Assembly (NCBI GenBank): GCA_965644295.1
Contig: CBFFRP010000123.1
Coordinates: forward strand, 186,001-250,000
Length of the DNA stretch: 64,000 bases
DNA from: Paraphysomonas bandaiensis
Taxonomy: Eukaryota; Protista; Chrysophyceae
Direction of reading: 5' to 3'
This document shows positions 1 to 13,015 of the stretch, piece by piece. Positions within the stretch are counted from its first letter, which is position 1. Each line of letters opens with the position of its first letter. A program made the translations under genes and the position numbers. Under the pieces are notes generated by a model that saw nothing but the letters and a program-made list of their open reading frames with translations, had not been told where the DNA came from and ran no database searches.

Positions 1-220
1 AGCAAGTTCGGTTGATGGCAGGGCGATATCTCTATAAGGCAGGTACCTGTGCTACCGCTCCTACTCCTTTGTGGGGAATTTATGTGTCAGGAATACGCAC
101 TCTGAGGTTAGCATTGATGTTTTATGTTTGTAGCCTTAATGTTGTAATCTCAGGTGCACAGCTGTGATCAAATGTATTATTGCATTGCAAGTCCTAAAGT
201 ATTTAAGTAATAAGGGTTGA
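1..220 (+). CDS. Possible 3' end of an upstream multi-exon gene
   Basis: Frame QVRLMAGRYLYKA continues across two ~50 bp GT..AG intron-like gaps to a TGA near 218-220; no recognisable motif. Confidence 0.25.
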
Positions 221-548
221 TGTCAGTAGCGCAGATTAATGTAATGCGCGAGTGTAATGTGCACTATTAAAGTTTGGTCGTAACAATAACTTGTGTTTTC
301 ATTTTTTGCTACAGCTCGGAGACATTTCACAAAACGCTAATTTCTTTATTAGTATGTTACACAATGTTAAGCAAAGAATATTTATGAATCAAGTTTTAAT
401 GGCAGATCATCAGACACGCCAAAAAGACACATTTCAATGATACTGCAATTTATTTCTATTCGGCAAAAGGATTATATTTTGTATTTGACATATACCCTCT
501 TTACAGAGGGCTTCCTCGAGCTATAAAACAAATATAAAATAACTAAGA

Positions 549-760
549 TTTTGAGAAGTTATAAAATGAATTTAAATAACAATAGTCTTCAAAATTACTC
601 TTTCGCGATTAGCTTTTACGGTAATATGGCGATCACACCAATATACTTTAGGGTGAATTAGTTTTTTATATATTTGAAATAATTTAAATATGAACAATAG
701 AATATTATATACAATATAAATACAATATTTAATATTTGAGAAGTTATAAAATGAATTTAA
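549..760 (+). repeat. ~26 bp direct repeat (TTTGAGAAGTTATAAAATGAATTTAA) at ~550-575 and ~735-760
   Basis: Seen directly; the second copy abuts the LTR-like sequence at 761. Confidence 0.8.
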
Positions 761-1106
761 TGTTGAGTTCTGCTATTTGAGAGCAAGCTGTAGTTCAAAG
801 ATATTTCACTTATGACTGTTAATGGAGGAATACAGAAATGGTTAACTGTATTATGAGAACTAGTGTGATGATAGCAATAATCATAGTAGTGAAACTGAAA
901 TATATGGACCATATAAAATGGTGACATCTAATATTGTGTGCAATTGATTAGTAGTTGAGACAATATGAATTTGGCGATTGACAAAGTGATATTGATCATA
1001 AGTTTCTTCTATCTTACTATATCTAAGCAAAAAGAGTGAAAGTATTGTTCAGTTATGTCAATTCAGGTTACAATGACTAGTAGGTAACTATGACGATATG
1101 TTAACA
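761..1106 (+). mobile_element. Degenerate LTR (family B)
   Basis: Starts TGTTGAGTTCTGCT like the LTR at 37612 and aligns with it by eye over ~250 bp; right end uncertain, no TSD seen. Confidence 0.6.
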
Positions 1107-1214
1107 GTGTGTGTGAAGAATATTTTTTACTACTTTCTCACATATAATAATATATTATTATATATTACTTCAGTTTTACCATATAACTGCCATTTTCCGC
1201 CCACCCGGACGCCA

Positions 1215-1480
1215 TCTTCATGTGAGACACGCGCCAGTGAGTCCTCAGACACACGAGCAGGGCGAACTCACACACAACATCAAGAACGGAAGTGGTTGCA
1301 CCTTGGTGCTTGCGGCGACGCACAAGCAGCTTCTGTAGCGTTAAATAGTAGGATAATAGAATTTGTGCTGATTAGTTATGGGTAGAGGCTTACTAGTAGA
1401 CTAGTATTCAACTAGCCGCTATATCGGAACGAGTTTTTAACGCCTATTGCTAAATAAAAAGACATTCAATATATATATGT
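1215..1480 (+). mobile_element. Dispersed repeat family A, 3' end (degenerate non-LTR retrotransposon/SINE-like)
   Basis: Core GCACCTTGGTGCTTGCGGCGACGCACAAGCAGCTTCTGTAGCG recurs at ~15245, ~14375, ~7130 (-) and ~37330 (-); ends AATAAA...(TA)n. Confidence 0.75.
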
Positions 1481-1949
1481 GAGACTTCGCGGCACAGCAC
1501 CCACACCGACTATACTCATTATCTACTCAAAACACCACCACTCTACAAACACATCCACTCGGCGTGCCCCAGCGCGGCCACGCTCTCTACCCCCGTTAAG
1601 AGACGACACGTACTCTTACATATCCGAATACTCTCCCTTTCAGGTGGTGTGAATCCATTCAACCTACTATCCTACACCTGCATGCCTCCCGGACGGACAC
1701 CTTCACCATCAAGAAGTGCCACCGAGGTGTTATCTAATGGACTACCCCCTGACAACTAAGTACCATCTTCGGGACACGGTTACACCATGGTACTTGAATC
1801 AATAATGCACAAGTAGTTCCGGAGAACGGTACAACGCAGCAAATCATTGTACTGTGCTCATAATATCGAAACAACAGTAGAATCAAAAGTTTGAATACCT
1901 TGTTACTTGTTACTAATAATAGTAGTTCACTATAACTTAGTACATCCAT

Positions 1950-2280
1950 CAACAAAGTCGGGCTCACACCTTTTCGTGGTGTTCTGGGGGATAAGTACAG
2001 GAGAGATTCTCTCTGGGAAACTAACGTGAGCCGCAAACATAGTCAGCAGATATTTTTCTGCCCACTCATAGCCGAATGCTTGTGTGGTACAAGGGACACC
2101 AATAAGTGTCACTTGTGTAGACGTCTTTGGCCCTTGATAAATAAACATGCATCTGAATGGGCCCACCTGATGGGGGGCCTCATGAAGTCAAGCACCGGGG
2201 CTGTTCACCTTATGGACTCAAATATCCTGAAATCAGCAGATGCCAGGTACATCAACATACTGCTTTCTCACTGCGTTTTT
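1950..2280 (+). mobile_element. Family A internal fragment
   Basis: CAACAAAGTCGG...CCCACTCATAGCCGAATG closely matches 42292-42620 and, inverted, 7945-8102. Confidence 0.75.
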
Positions 2281-2748
2281 TTTAATGATAGTGAAGTAGT
2301 TAACTACATAACCACATGTATCTCATATCAAGGCTCGCATACTAAAATATATATGGGCAAAATAATGAATATAAAATTACTTCAAATCAACTTCATATTA
2401 CAAACTGTATTGCAATCAATCATGATATCTTAAACACATACAAACTCTGAATACAGTAATTAATGCCAACTCTTCATCGGCAATTCTTTATCTACATTCC
2501 AGTATTACAGAATACGAAACTGAAGTCATAGGTTCTCAATCAAACACTAGAATAAAGCAAATTTTGTTCTAAACGCTCACAAGGTGGGTGTAGAAATACA
2601 CCAGTCACATGTAGTGCATGTGACACGCCATATATTTAGCTTATATACATAGTGCAAAACACCACTGGCTCTCACTCAATTGGGAAAGTTTTTCTGCTGT
2701 GGCTGCGATGATGTCGCTTTACAGAAAGTTTTGCATTAGTGCTAAGAC

Positions 2749-3843
2749 CTACAAGAAAAAATCATGAGCAATCATAGATACATCAAGGGATCGCATACCG
2801 CCGGATCCAGATTCGCTTGAACCGATTGAACGTCGCCTTAAAGGGGGTACATCTTCCCTCCCAGATTTACTTCCACTATTTCGGCGACTTCCCGGTGTAG
2901 GAGTGCTATGATCTGACCCTACAGATCCACGGCTGCTCCTACGAAAACGCATATGCATGGAGTCGCCGGCGGAACTTGGAGTCCGCGCTTGGTTATCGTT
3001 CATTTTCTTAGAATCTGTTGTCGGAGAGTCAACGCTGGATGTAATAGAATACCTGCGCATTGTAGCTGGAGTGCGCAAGCGGTGTCCAGGCCCAACAACT
3101 TTAGGTTTACCATCAGAATCACTGGACTCATAATCAGGGGCAAAAGATATTATATCAGCCAGTGTAAAATACTTAGAACGACAGAGCGTATTCATTCGAT
3201 GTTCGGTCAACTCGTCCCAGATCTTTTCTCCAAGTACTCGTTTCCGGATATCACGAGGAATAGATGCCGCAGGACCCAGCACTTTCGGATTACTTGAAAC
3301 ATACTCCCAGAATATGTTCATATGTACCAACTTATTAGTCAATTTGTACATTGTATCCATCAATCTAATGTGCATGAATATCGTTAAGAACAGACAGGGA
3401 AACGAAGTAGAAATGACTCACTTTTGCGTATCTTTATTCACGTATTTCTCTGGACCATATATCTCCATAATCATAATAGTTGCTTCACTGCGATCCAGCG
3501 ACCCATTCTTATCAAGATCATATAAATCAAAAAGAAAAGGTGCAATATGTGTATCCAGTGTACATATATTCCATATAAGTAAGACAAAGTCTTTAAAACA
3601 GATATGTGTGACATGACTATCACTAGAGAGTATATTAAAGGCTCGATTCATATATTGATTAGGTGGATATCCTAATAAATGTAATAATGAATTGACTGTC
3701 GTTAAACCTTTAGAATAAAAATCATGTAATAGTTTAATGTGTTGTTCATGTAATCCTATATAAGCAAATAGAGTTTGAAGATGATGATATTCATAGTGTT
3801 TTATATAGAAATCATCATCAGGTTCAGAGTAATAACATCCCAT
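2749..3843 (-). CDS. EF-hand calcium-binding protein with N-acylation motif and Ser/Arg-rich tail (2 exons, intron 3365-3421)
   Basis: MGC N-terminus; canonical EF loop DLDKNGSLDRSE; GTGAGT..TAG intron joins the two ORFs in frame. Confidence 0.8.
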
Positions 3844-4491
3844 ATTATTATATTGACATTGTAGTTGATATGGAGATAGAAGGGATAGGGACAGGGATAG
3901 GGATAGGGATTGGGTAGGATATCATGTATGTATATGGAGGGAGTGTGTTTAAGGGAACCAGTGAAGAGATACATCCATATATATAGATGGGTGTACCACT
4001 GGTGTACGTATGTACACTGCACCAGGTACACAACACACACTCTGGAATAAGTCGACCCAGCAGAACATGTCGATCCAGCAATAAAATCCAGGATTTTTTG
4101 ATGCATGTTTTTTGACGAATATATTTCTGAGAAATAACGAAAAAAGGTCGATTTGTTTCCTGGATCGACTTATTTTTACAGCCAGACAGCACTGGTGTAT
4201 ATAAAATAGCCCGAAATAATAGAGATTTATAAAGGAGAATCTAAAAAACTACCTTTTTTAGGTATGAAAATTAACAGCTCTATCTATTATTTTTATTTCA
4301 TATGGTTTTTATATAAAATATATCATAAAATCCCCTTTATTTATATAATCATCTAGTTTTTATGATACCTATTTCTATTGTCATAAGGACGTAACGTCTC
4401 TTCTAATCATTATTATGATATGCATTAACACACACATCTCTTCCCATTAACATCTTTATCTCTTTATATTTACTCTTATAGTACAATAAAC

Positions 4492-6471
4492 ATGGAGTCT
4501 ATGCAATCATCAAGTATTCTAGAACCTCCTTCATTAGAAGATCTCTTCAAGAAGTATGATCGAACACTAGTGATAACATTAGAAAAATTCCATAAGACTG
4601 TTAACAATATGTGTGATGTGGTAGAAAGAAAATTAGAAAGAACAGAACGAAAATTACACAGATATACAAAAGGGGTTAAGAAACAGGTAGAGAAAGAGCT
4701 TCATATGGCAGACTGTTTGGTCAGTAAAGAGCTTCGTAGTAAAGTTATTATGTCCGAATGGACAAGTACATTTCTTTCTGCTACGAGTGATGTTACATTA
4801 GATCCGGTTACATTTGCATTCGCCCGATTCGCACTTAATATATGTCTATGCTATACGGACGTTTCAGCTTCTTACTTTATACACAGTAAGATACATGTGC
4901 TCTTAGTTAGCTTAATGCAGTTCAATTCGGAACTTGTTGTTGGTCCTGCAGTTCTAGGACTTCTTCATTTGTCTTTGCATTACGAAATGAAACACGAAAT
5001 TGTAGCTGCTGCTAATGCACTTCCTGCGATTCTAAAGCTACTGGTTGAGAGCAAATCGGATGTCATACTCACGCAGTGTTGTAAGTTAGTGGCATCGCTT
5101 GCAATGCATCCGCCGAACAAGTCCCCAATAGTCAGCAGTGGGTGCTATCATGGTGTGATTGACATGATTGGTGGAATTCGCACTGGAAACGATCATGTCC
5201 GCACCAATGCATGCAAGGCTGCTGTAAATATCGTCCAGGCCAATGATGCGAACCGCGTCCTGAGTGTTGAGCTTGATGCCATTAAGCCTTTACTATCAGT
5301 TATTCAGTATGGTTTTAGCGACATTTCGCTTTACAATTCAATTAGAGCCCTTGCCAATATTGCATTCATGAACAGCTTTACATCATCTAAGATTCTTGCC
5401 GCTGGAGGAGATCAAATATTCGTTGATGTACTCAACAGCGGCGATATTCTCGTGCAGCCAGACATTAACCGCGCAACTCTCATCGCCATAACTAATTTAT
5501 GTTGCTCGGAGAGTAATCAGTCACATGTAGGGGCGTGTAAGGGTATGTTGGAATGCGTTGTACGTATATGTGAATTTGCTAAAGAACCTTGGGTGGTATC
5601 GGAAGCTGCCAACTTGCTTTTGGCGCTGTCATGGCGCAATACTGGGAACAAAGTAAGCGTAGTAATGAGTATAGAAGTAATGTTGGTATAACCGATGGTG
5701 TGTATTATCAGGCCCGCATTGCGGCTCATGGCGGTTGTCAAGTGCTTTTGCGACGGGTAGTATATCATGCACCGTATGAAGATGAGGACCATGTCGTGTG
5801 TATGGAGAAGTGCTGTCTTGCCCTCTCCTCGCTAATGCTATACAAATCGAATCACGAGAAGTTGAATGGTAGGTCTTTCGATTGCTGCACCCTATATAAT
5901 ATATATATATAGAGGCTAAGGGTCTCAAGGAGATCAATAGACTGTGTAAAAAGGGGGTCTCTCGTCGCCTGCTCGCAGCTGCCAGCACTATCATCGCCAC
6001 TCTCATACCCAGTCCAGGCGAGCTCAGGGTATGTAAGGGTTTATTGTTTGAACTTTTCTTGTTTTTATATTTTATTTATTAGCGCATGCATATCGACTGC
6101 ACCCCAGTGGCCGTGGAAACTGTGAATGTTCTGCCTACGCTAAAGAGAGTTCAGCTCTTTGCTTTTGGACACGTCAAAAGGTACTAAAGTTTGTTGTGTT
6201 TGTCTTAAAGTCTTATGTGCTGTGCAGTCCACCATCTTGGTTGACAGAAGGAATAAGTGTACTTTCTATGTCGGACGATGGTATGTGAGCAATGCGTGAC
6301 ATGTTCTATGTAATGATTTAATGCACAGAGCTGGAAACACAGAACCCATGGGTGAAAGTGGAGTTCGTGGAGAAGGAAACGTTTTTCAAGGAACTCTCAG
6401 CCGAAATAGCTCCAGAAGTAGACTTCAATACTTTTCCAGCCGCTAAAGGATTAATATTTAGCATTCAATGA
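4492..6471 (+). CDS. Armadillo-repeat protein (multi-exon)
   Basis: Repeated ARM-like helices (ALPAILKLL, AIKPLLSVI, RALANIA, AITNLC); long first exon then short GT-AG introns; TGA at 6469-6471. Confidence 0.8.
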
Positions 6472-6692
6472 TATCCATCTTTTAAGTATTAATTGTAATA
6501 TACATTGTTTGCCATTCAGTGTCTAAATTGTCCTGAGGAATAGTGTTACGGATAGATCAGATTCGACATTGCTACTTTCGAATAGTATGTTATATGTTAG
6601 AAATATTTGCTAATTATAGATTATTATATTACTACCATTCATTCTTTTTCACTATATTATCTACATCGTCACTACTACCAACAAATATAAGC

Positions 6693-6770
6693 GGGATCTA
6701 TTATTGAACCTAGTCAAATTTGGTGTCTTTTATCAGTCACATCGAAAATATGTAATAACCTAGTCAAAGG
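6693..6770 (+). mobile_element. Orphan left end of the ACCTAGTCA-type MITE family
   Basis: GGGATCTATTATTGAACCTAGTCAAA matches the TIR at 7324; another remnant lies at ~46005-46035. Confidence 0.6.
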
Positions 6771-7029
6771 GCTGAATATCTACTCATTAAATATTTCGTA
6801 TTTCAGTTTACAATGACTTGGTTGCGGAGGATGACTAAGCGTTTATGGTATATTGTATTCACGGATTTTCACCAAGATTTCAACTATTGAATTATGTATT
6901 TCTTTGACAAGTTCACAATTATTTTAGAACTAAAAGAAGAGAAGAACTAATCACAAATGGGGTTGTAATTAATGGTAGTGAATGTCGTGTTGAGTTTACT
7001 AGTCACACGAACTTTGGTGTAAACCCTTG

Positions 7030-8155
7030 TCAAAGTAATAAGGCGTGTACGAGTCAGACTAATGTAGCAAAACAATAGCGTTTAAGGGTCAGCGCTTATA
7101 ACTCTGATATCCTACTCTTTAGCGCTACGAAAGCTGCTTGTGGGTCACCGCAAGCACCAAGGTGCAACCACGTTCGCTCTATCACTCAAAGCAAACGCAG
7201 TGATCAAAAGCAGAATGTGACATCATCTGCTGTCTCAGGTTATTAGTTCTCTTATAAGGTGAACAGCCCGGATGCTTGACTTTAACTGGCAGCCCAATAC
7301 CTCGGATGCCTGTTTATTTTTGTGGGACCTATTATTCAACCTAGTCAAAACAATGGTTGAACTACCTAGTCACACCAAAATTGGTGTAAAAACCTAGTAA
7401 CGATATAGCAAATGAACTGCAAATCCTTTCAAGATGTGTTTTGGTTTCATAACCAATCATTTGAGTAGTATGTTGTTTTTTGTGTGTGAGGTCGCTGCAC
7501 GTTGCTGTCATATCTGTGCATTTGTAATTAATATAAATATAAGTGACACTGATAAACCCCCAGACGGCAAGATTTCATGACGTTTGGTTCAACTTGAAGA
7601 ATATATATATGGTTATTCTGTTCAGAGAACGAAGTAGAGATTATTCCTGTCTATGCTACTTGAGCGGTGGAGCCCTGTCTATGCTACTACTATGATATAT
7701 CTCTTTTTCTATACTCTAACTCTGCTTTGACCTGATCTATGCTGCACTGATTTAACTTCACCTGCTGTGTGACTTCATCGTTCTTTAATGCGTAGCTATA
7801 TGCGGGCACATTTTATGACAAGGACTATAACTAAAAATGACTAGGTTGAATCATTTATTACTTTGACTAGGTTATTCCACCTAAAATAGTGTGACTAGGT
7901 AATTCAATCTTGACTAGGTTGAATAATATTTCCCTTTATTTGTCAGGGCCCGAAGCCGTCAACACAAGTTCCTTGTACCACACAAGCATTTAGCTATGAG
8001 TATGAGTAGGCAGAAAATTATCTGCTGACTATATATTTTATGCGGCCCTGGTTACTTTCCCACAGAACACCACGAGAAGGTGCGAATCCGACTTTGTTGA
8101 GGGTTAACTCTGATAGCCTACTATTTAACGAAATCTATTTGTACGTCACCGCAGG
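7030..8155 (-). mobile_element. Family A copy (inverted), interrupted by a MITE at 7324-7934
   Basis: Both flanks of the MITE rejoin into the family A consensus seen at 42470-42495. Confidence 0.7.
7324..7934. mobile_element. 611 bp MITE, Mutator-like
   Basis: TIRs GGGAnnTATTATTCAACCTAGTCAA / TTGACTAGGTTGAATAATAnnTCCC; multiple subterminal ACCTAGTCA repeats; ~9 bp TSD TTTATT(TT)TGT / TTTATTTGT. Confidence 0.8.
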
Positions 8156-8425
8156 GCATTGTGTTTATAACATTCTTGATCACAAGTAGTAGTGATAGTG
8201 CAGTCCAGTTCAGAAGGTCTAACCGTATTCTACTGCGATGAGTTCCAACCAACATAGTTTACTCACACTACATAGTTTTATCACAAGTGCGGAAGTCTTT
8301 TTCTTGCTTATGAATGTGTTATTAGTGCTAGTACAACAATTCGGACAAAGAAATGTAAATTTCCCTACTAAACGGTTACGCAATCTCTACTTGTGCTCTA
8401 TCCCGACTGAGTACATTACGGAAAA

Positions 8426-11400
8426 TTACTTTCCACGCGCAGCCGCGTGCGTTACTAAGCCAATTGTTTCCACGCCCACCTGTTAGTTGGTGTCAGTGTA
8501 AGCAATATAAGAGTACCATATATAACTTACCGTGCATAGGTTGCATATTTCACAAACTTTTCCAGTATACGTGGGGGAGTACGAAGACGCACAGTAGGGA
8601 CATTTCACAGATGGAGACCCCTTGTATATGGGCTTTAACTCGTGACAATCGAGGCTGCACACAATGTGATTACAGACTCATAATTCGATGCCAGCCAAAA
8701 CTTATTACCTGAATGGGTTCATCTCATCGTAGTCAATAGTGTGCTCGTTACGTCCCTGTTGCTCACTCTTTTGCAAAACCTTCTGAGCCTTGCTACGGGT
8801 GTCTGCATGTCTTTCGGAGTTTGTATCAGGCAGCTCAAGCAAGCGCCGGGCAAATGCAGCAGCATTAACGAAGTTCTAAAGACGATATGTAACAAAACTA
8901 CTAAATTAATGTAATGGCACTACGTACTTTGTTCTTGAAAGCGCTGGCCATAGCAGACTTCAGAGCGAGCATCAGGTGGGATGGCTGCAAATTACAGTGG
9001 GTGAAATAAGCGGCCAACTCAAGGCTGCGCGAGATATCAGATGCTTCTCCAATAGCGTTCTTGACACGTATCGCGGTAAGATATTCACGACAGACTTCTA
9101 ACAGCTCTTTTACATCGTTGGCGGCACTGCGAGTAGTGGCCACAACGAAAGGGATGGAATTGAAAATGCGTTCCAGATGCTCCTTGCATTCAGCAAATTG
9201 TCCAGCAGTAAATGCACGGTAAGCGAGCTTCAACGCCTCAAGGAGTGGTGGAAGCTTAACGCAGACGGAAGGCATAGGCTTGGTCTGCTGTTTAGGGTCA
9301 GTGTCCCGCATGAGATGTGTGCGTGTGGAGGGTGTGAGGGGAAGCCCGGGAAGAAACGCGGAAGCACCAAGGTATGTGGCAACAGCATTCCGACGAAGGG
9401 TTGCAACATTGACAGCCGCTATCTGTCTGTTTAGCAGTTGCAAAGACGTATCCACAGAACCTGCAGCCATATGATCGGCTGCTAAAGATGAATCCGAGCA
9501 CCAAGCGGTGACAGGTGAAGGCCCCGCAGTATATACCGCACCAGAAGAACGAACAGCAGCCCGGGAGGCAGGGGATACTGGAGTTTCATCGTCGCTGAGG
9601 TCAAGATCATCGTCATCCCACGCAGCACCACCTGCAGCTGGAGCAGAAGTTCCTGTCGCCTTCTCTGGCGCACCATCCTCGTCGTCGAAGAGATCATCAT
9701 CCCCCCAATCTCCCCCTGGCTCCGTATCCTCCACATCTCCTGCATCAACTCCACTGACACCACTATTACCACCCTGATCCATATCCCCTAGTGCACTCTT
9801 TGCAACAGCCAACAGCGGCCAGTTCTCACCACGCAATATAGGTGTGGGTGGCTGTAGTAGAGCTGCACCTTCCGGCACAGGAGGCACGGGCATTTCCCCA
9901 GCTTCCAACAGAGAGCGTAGCCTAGCTGCATCCTCGTCCAGGCCATGGGTTGCCGCGCAAAGATATGCCAGAGAAAGTTGGCCAGTGGCCTCAAGAACGC
10001 GCATACGCTCTTCAGCATCACCGAGGAACATAGCATTGTGAAACCTACTCATTACATCTCCTCTCATTTCAGAGATCTTAAGCATTTTACGGAGCTTCTC
10101 GACATTACCAGTAATAAGGTAAAGGAAGCTCAGCTTCTCGAATTCCTTTGTCTTCTGGTAAGCCATCTCCACTACTTCATGATTTCCCTGTCGCAGTGCC
10201 TCGCTTGCCAACTGCCTCCAGGCATCATCTCCTAAGTCATACGCTACGGCCATAGCCACCTCAATATTTCCACATGCCAGAGCAAGCTTGAATCTTGTCT
10301 TGGGGTCTTGCACAAAGTGCAGAGCTACCTCTGGATAGCCTTTCTCTTGCAAGTACGTAATGACCGCCTGTCCACATAATCGTGAGTGTTTGACCATCTT
10401 CATAACGGCAGGGTAGTCCTTCTTCTCCAACGCTAGCTTAAACTGTGCTTCAGTTGTGTTTATCTCGAGCACACGGGTGCGGGCCTCCCTATCAATGCAG
10501 TGCATAGATGTACCACTGACTTTGGTTACATACACTGGATGATCAAGTCCACGGACAATACCACGATCTCCACTAGTTAAAAGGTACTTGACATGATTGA
10601 GTGTGGTATACACAAAAATAGGGGCACTGTCGTCCCAGCATCCACCTTTGAGGTTCACAGTCTCTGCAGCAACACAGAGTTGTTCGAAGTGCTTCGTGGC
10701 AAGAACGAGCTGATGCTTTGAGAACAGGGCCACATAGGAAAAGTCGTGGTTCCAGACCACATACTTAACTCTGGGAACTTGTAGCTCAGAGATCACTCGA
10801 CGAGCTTGCACATCAAAGAGTAGAACTCTGTCTTCGGTCTTAAGTATCACTCGGCCATTGGCTCCACCGTAGAACATGTTATCTACTCCAGCCACAGGAC
10901 TTGCAATAATTTTTACAACAGAGTTCTCGAAGTTAGTGATCACAAGCTGCTTGATGGTATTGAGGACGAGGAACCTGTCTCTACCAATGAACACTGCCGC
11001 ACCTCCGTGACCCCGGCGGATGTCTTGTGCCTCCCCAGTTCGGGCATGGTCAGTGGAAAAGGATATGAGCTCGTATGTGCCACCATCAGCATCAGAAGTG
11101 ATAAGAACATTGTTTTCGGTCTTATTAAGGACATTGTATGACAGTGTGCGCGGGCCACCACCAATGCCTGGAGTTGTGTTGGTGGTAGTGCGACGGAGGG
11201 ACACGAGCGGGATATCCCGACCGTTTCCAAACTCATGCAAGCGCAGATAACGATCCTTGACATATAAGCATCTAGTTGCACCGTTGGAGTAAAAGGCAGG
11301 GCGCTCTCTCTCTAACTTGAAGACTGTCATACCCGAGTCGTGTCCAGCAGCGAGAAGGTTCTGCTCCGCATGTGCAGCGAGGATCCAGAAGCGGTCGGTC

Positions 11401-12287
11401 TCCCGCCGAAATGTTTGTACCCCAAGTCGTTTAGATATGTCCCACACGCGTATGGTACGGTCCTCAGAGTTGGATACAATAAGCTCGTGCTTTGGGTGGA
11501 AGAGAACGCAAGACACGTTGTTGGTGTGTCCACGCATGGTGTCAACTTCCCACGCTTTAGTTTCATTCATGCGCCATAGCTTCACTTGTCTATCATCAGC
11601 GCCTGAAACAACAAGAGGCAGAGTTGGATGAAAAGATGCCCAGTTAACACCCCTCTCGTGTCCCTCGAGAACATACTTCACGAGTGCATCGTTACCACCA
11701 AACAACTCATTATTGACACGAGCCACCACATTCCCGTCGTCCATCTGAGAAGGAGCACCACGAACAGTCTTTTTACGCAAGCCGCTGGTATCCCATACTC
11801 TAACTGTTTGATCTAAGGATGCAGATACAATCAAATCCTCCTTCGGGTGGAAGCTGGCGCACATCACGTAGTGGTTGTGGCCAGTCAGCACAGAAATACA
11901 GCTCCTCGATTGCCAATTCCAAATACGAATGGTTTGATCATCTGAGGCCGATACCACCCAAGGATATTCATTATGAAACTGCACAGTTCGAATGTAATCT
12001 AAATGTCCCAAAAGCGTAAACAGACACCGCCTTAGCTTATAATCCCATACTTTAACCTTATAGTCATCCCCACCAGACACAAGCAATGGCTGTACTTTAT
12101 GAAAATCAATACCACGAACAGGTCCTTCATGCTCTTCAAATTTATCCAAACAAGTTCCCATACGATAATCCCATAATTGAATTTGTCCATTATGAAGGGC
12201 AGCTAATATCCATGGTCTTACAGGATGAAAACTAATACCTTTCACACGATTACTTTTACTTTCAAATTTTGTAAGCATTTTATCCAT
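8426..12287 (-). CDS. COPA: Coatomer subunit alpha (alpha-COP), 4 exons
   Basis: MLTKFESKSNRVKGISFHP N-terminal WD40 region, coatomer WDAD region, C-terminal ELAAYFTHCNLQ; three short 3' introns lead to TAA at 8426-8428. Confidence 0.97.
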
Positions 12288-12443
12288 ATTCTTAATTTAT
12301 TTCAGCCTATCAAAGGCACAAAATCAATCACAATATTTAGCTATAAGCTTAATAGTAATTGTATGCCCTCTTAGGTGCAATAAAATGAATGAATGTCTTG
12401 TTGTACAGTGTGTTGCATAGTACTCTATGTAAGATTAGACTCT

Positions 12444-12505
12444 TGTATGTATATGTATGTAGGTAGGTAGGTAGGTAGGTATGGAGATGTATATGTATGT
12501 ATGTA
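12444..12505. repeat. (TATG)/(TAGG) compound microsatellite in the COPA upstream region
   Basis: Seen directly. Confidence 0.85.
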
Positions 12506-13015
12506 AGCTACGGCTATTGGTACCTATGCTGCATAGGTAGAGTGTGGGTTATTTTTGGGTGTTGTTGTGTAGAAATATCTTCTTGGGACACATATTTCAG
12601 TTTACAGGATATCTGAATCCACAGGTAGGAGTATACTCTGTGTATATAAGTGTATACGAAACGTATAACCAAACATATCTTTTTTGTTATAATTTTTCAT
12701 TCTATTTTTTTGTCAGTAAAACATCCGGATATATGCATAGTACATACAGCAGTACAGTACAGCACCTCCCTATCCTATTATCAGATGCTAATATACGGGC
12801 TACCACTCTCATATACTCCACTCTCATATAGTAGCAGCATAACTCCATATACTTGTCTCTGTTATCTCTATTAACACATCCACCCATCAGATACACCACC
12901 CTACATCTCTCACTAATGACATATTAATCCAATCCATCTCTCCATATATATGAATATCATATTAATCGTTTGATTACTATATTAACAGTGTCTAATAAGT
13001 TTATAGTATCTCATC

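Noticed and set aside
1930-2166. Recurrent short ORF (..FGYEWAEKYL..) also at 42282-42539 as a small gene family
   Set aside because: Lies within repeat family A; another copy is broken by indels and the more plausible coding strand is the opposite one
3882-3914. Interstitial telomeric repeat
   Set aside because: Unit is GGGATA, not TTAGGG/TTTAGGG, and the tract is short
6693-7934. Spaced ACCTAGTCA repeats as a CRISPR-like array
   Set aside because: Repeats are 9-mers with irregular spacing, inverted at the other end, in eukaryotic DNA with no cas genes; they are MITE subterminal repeats
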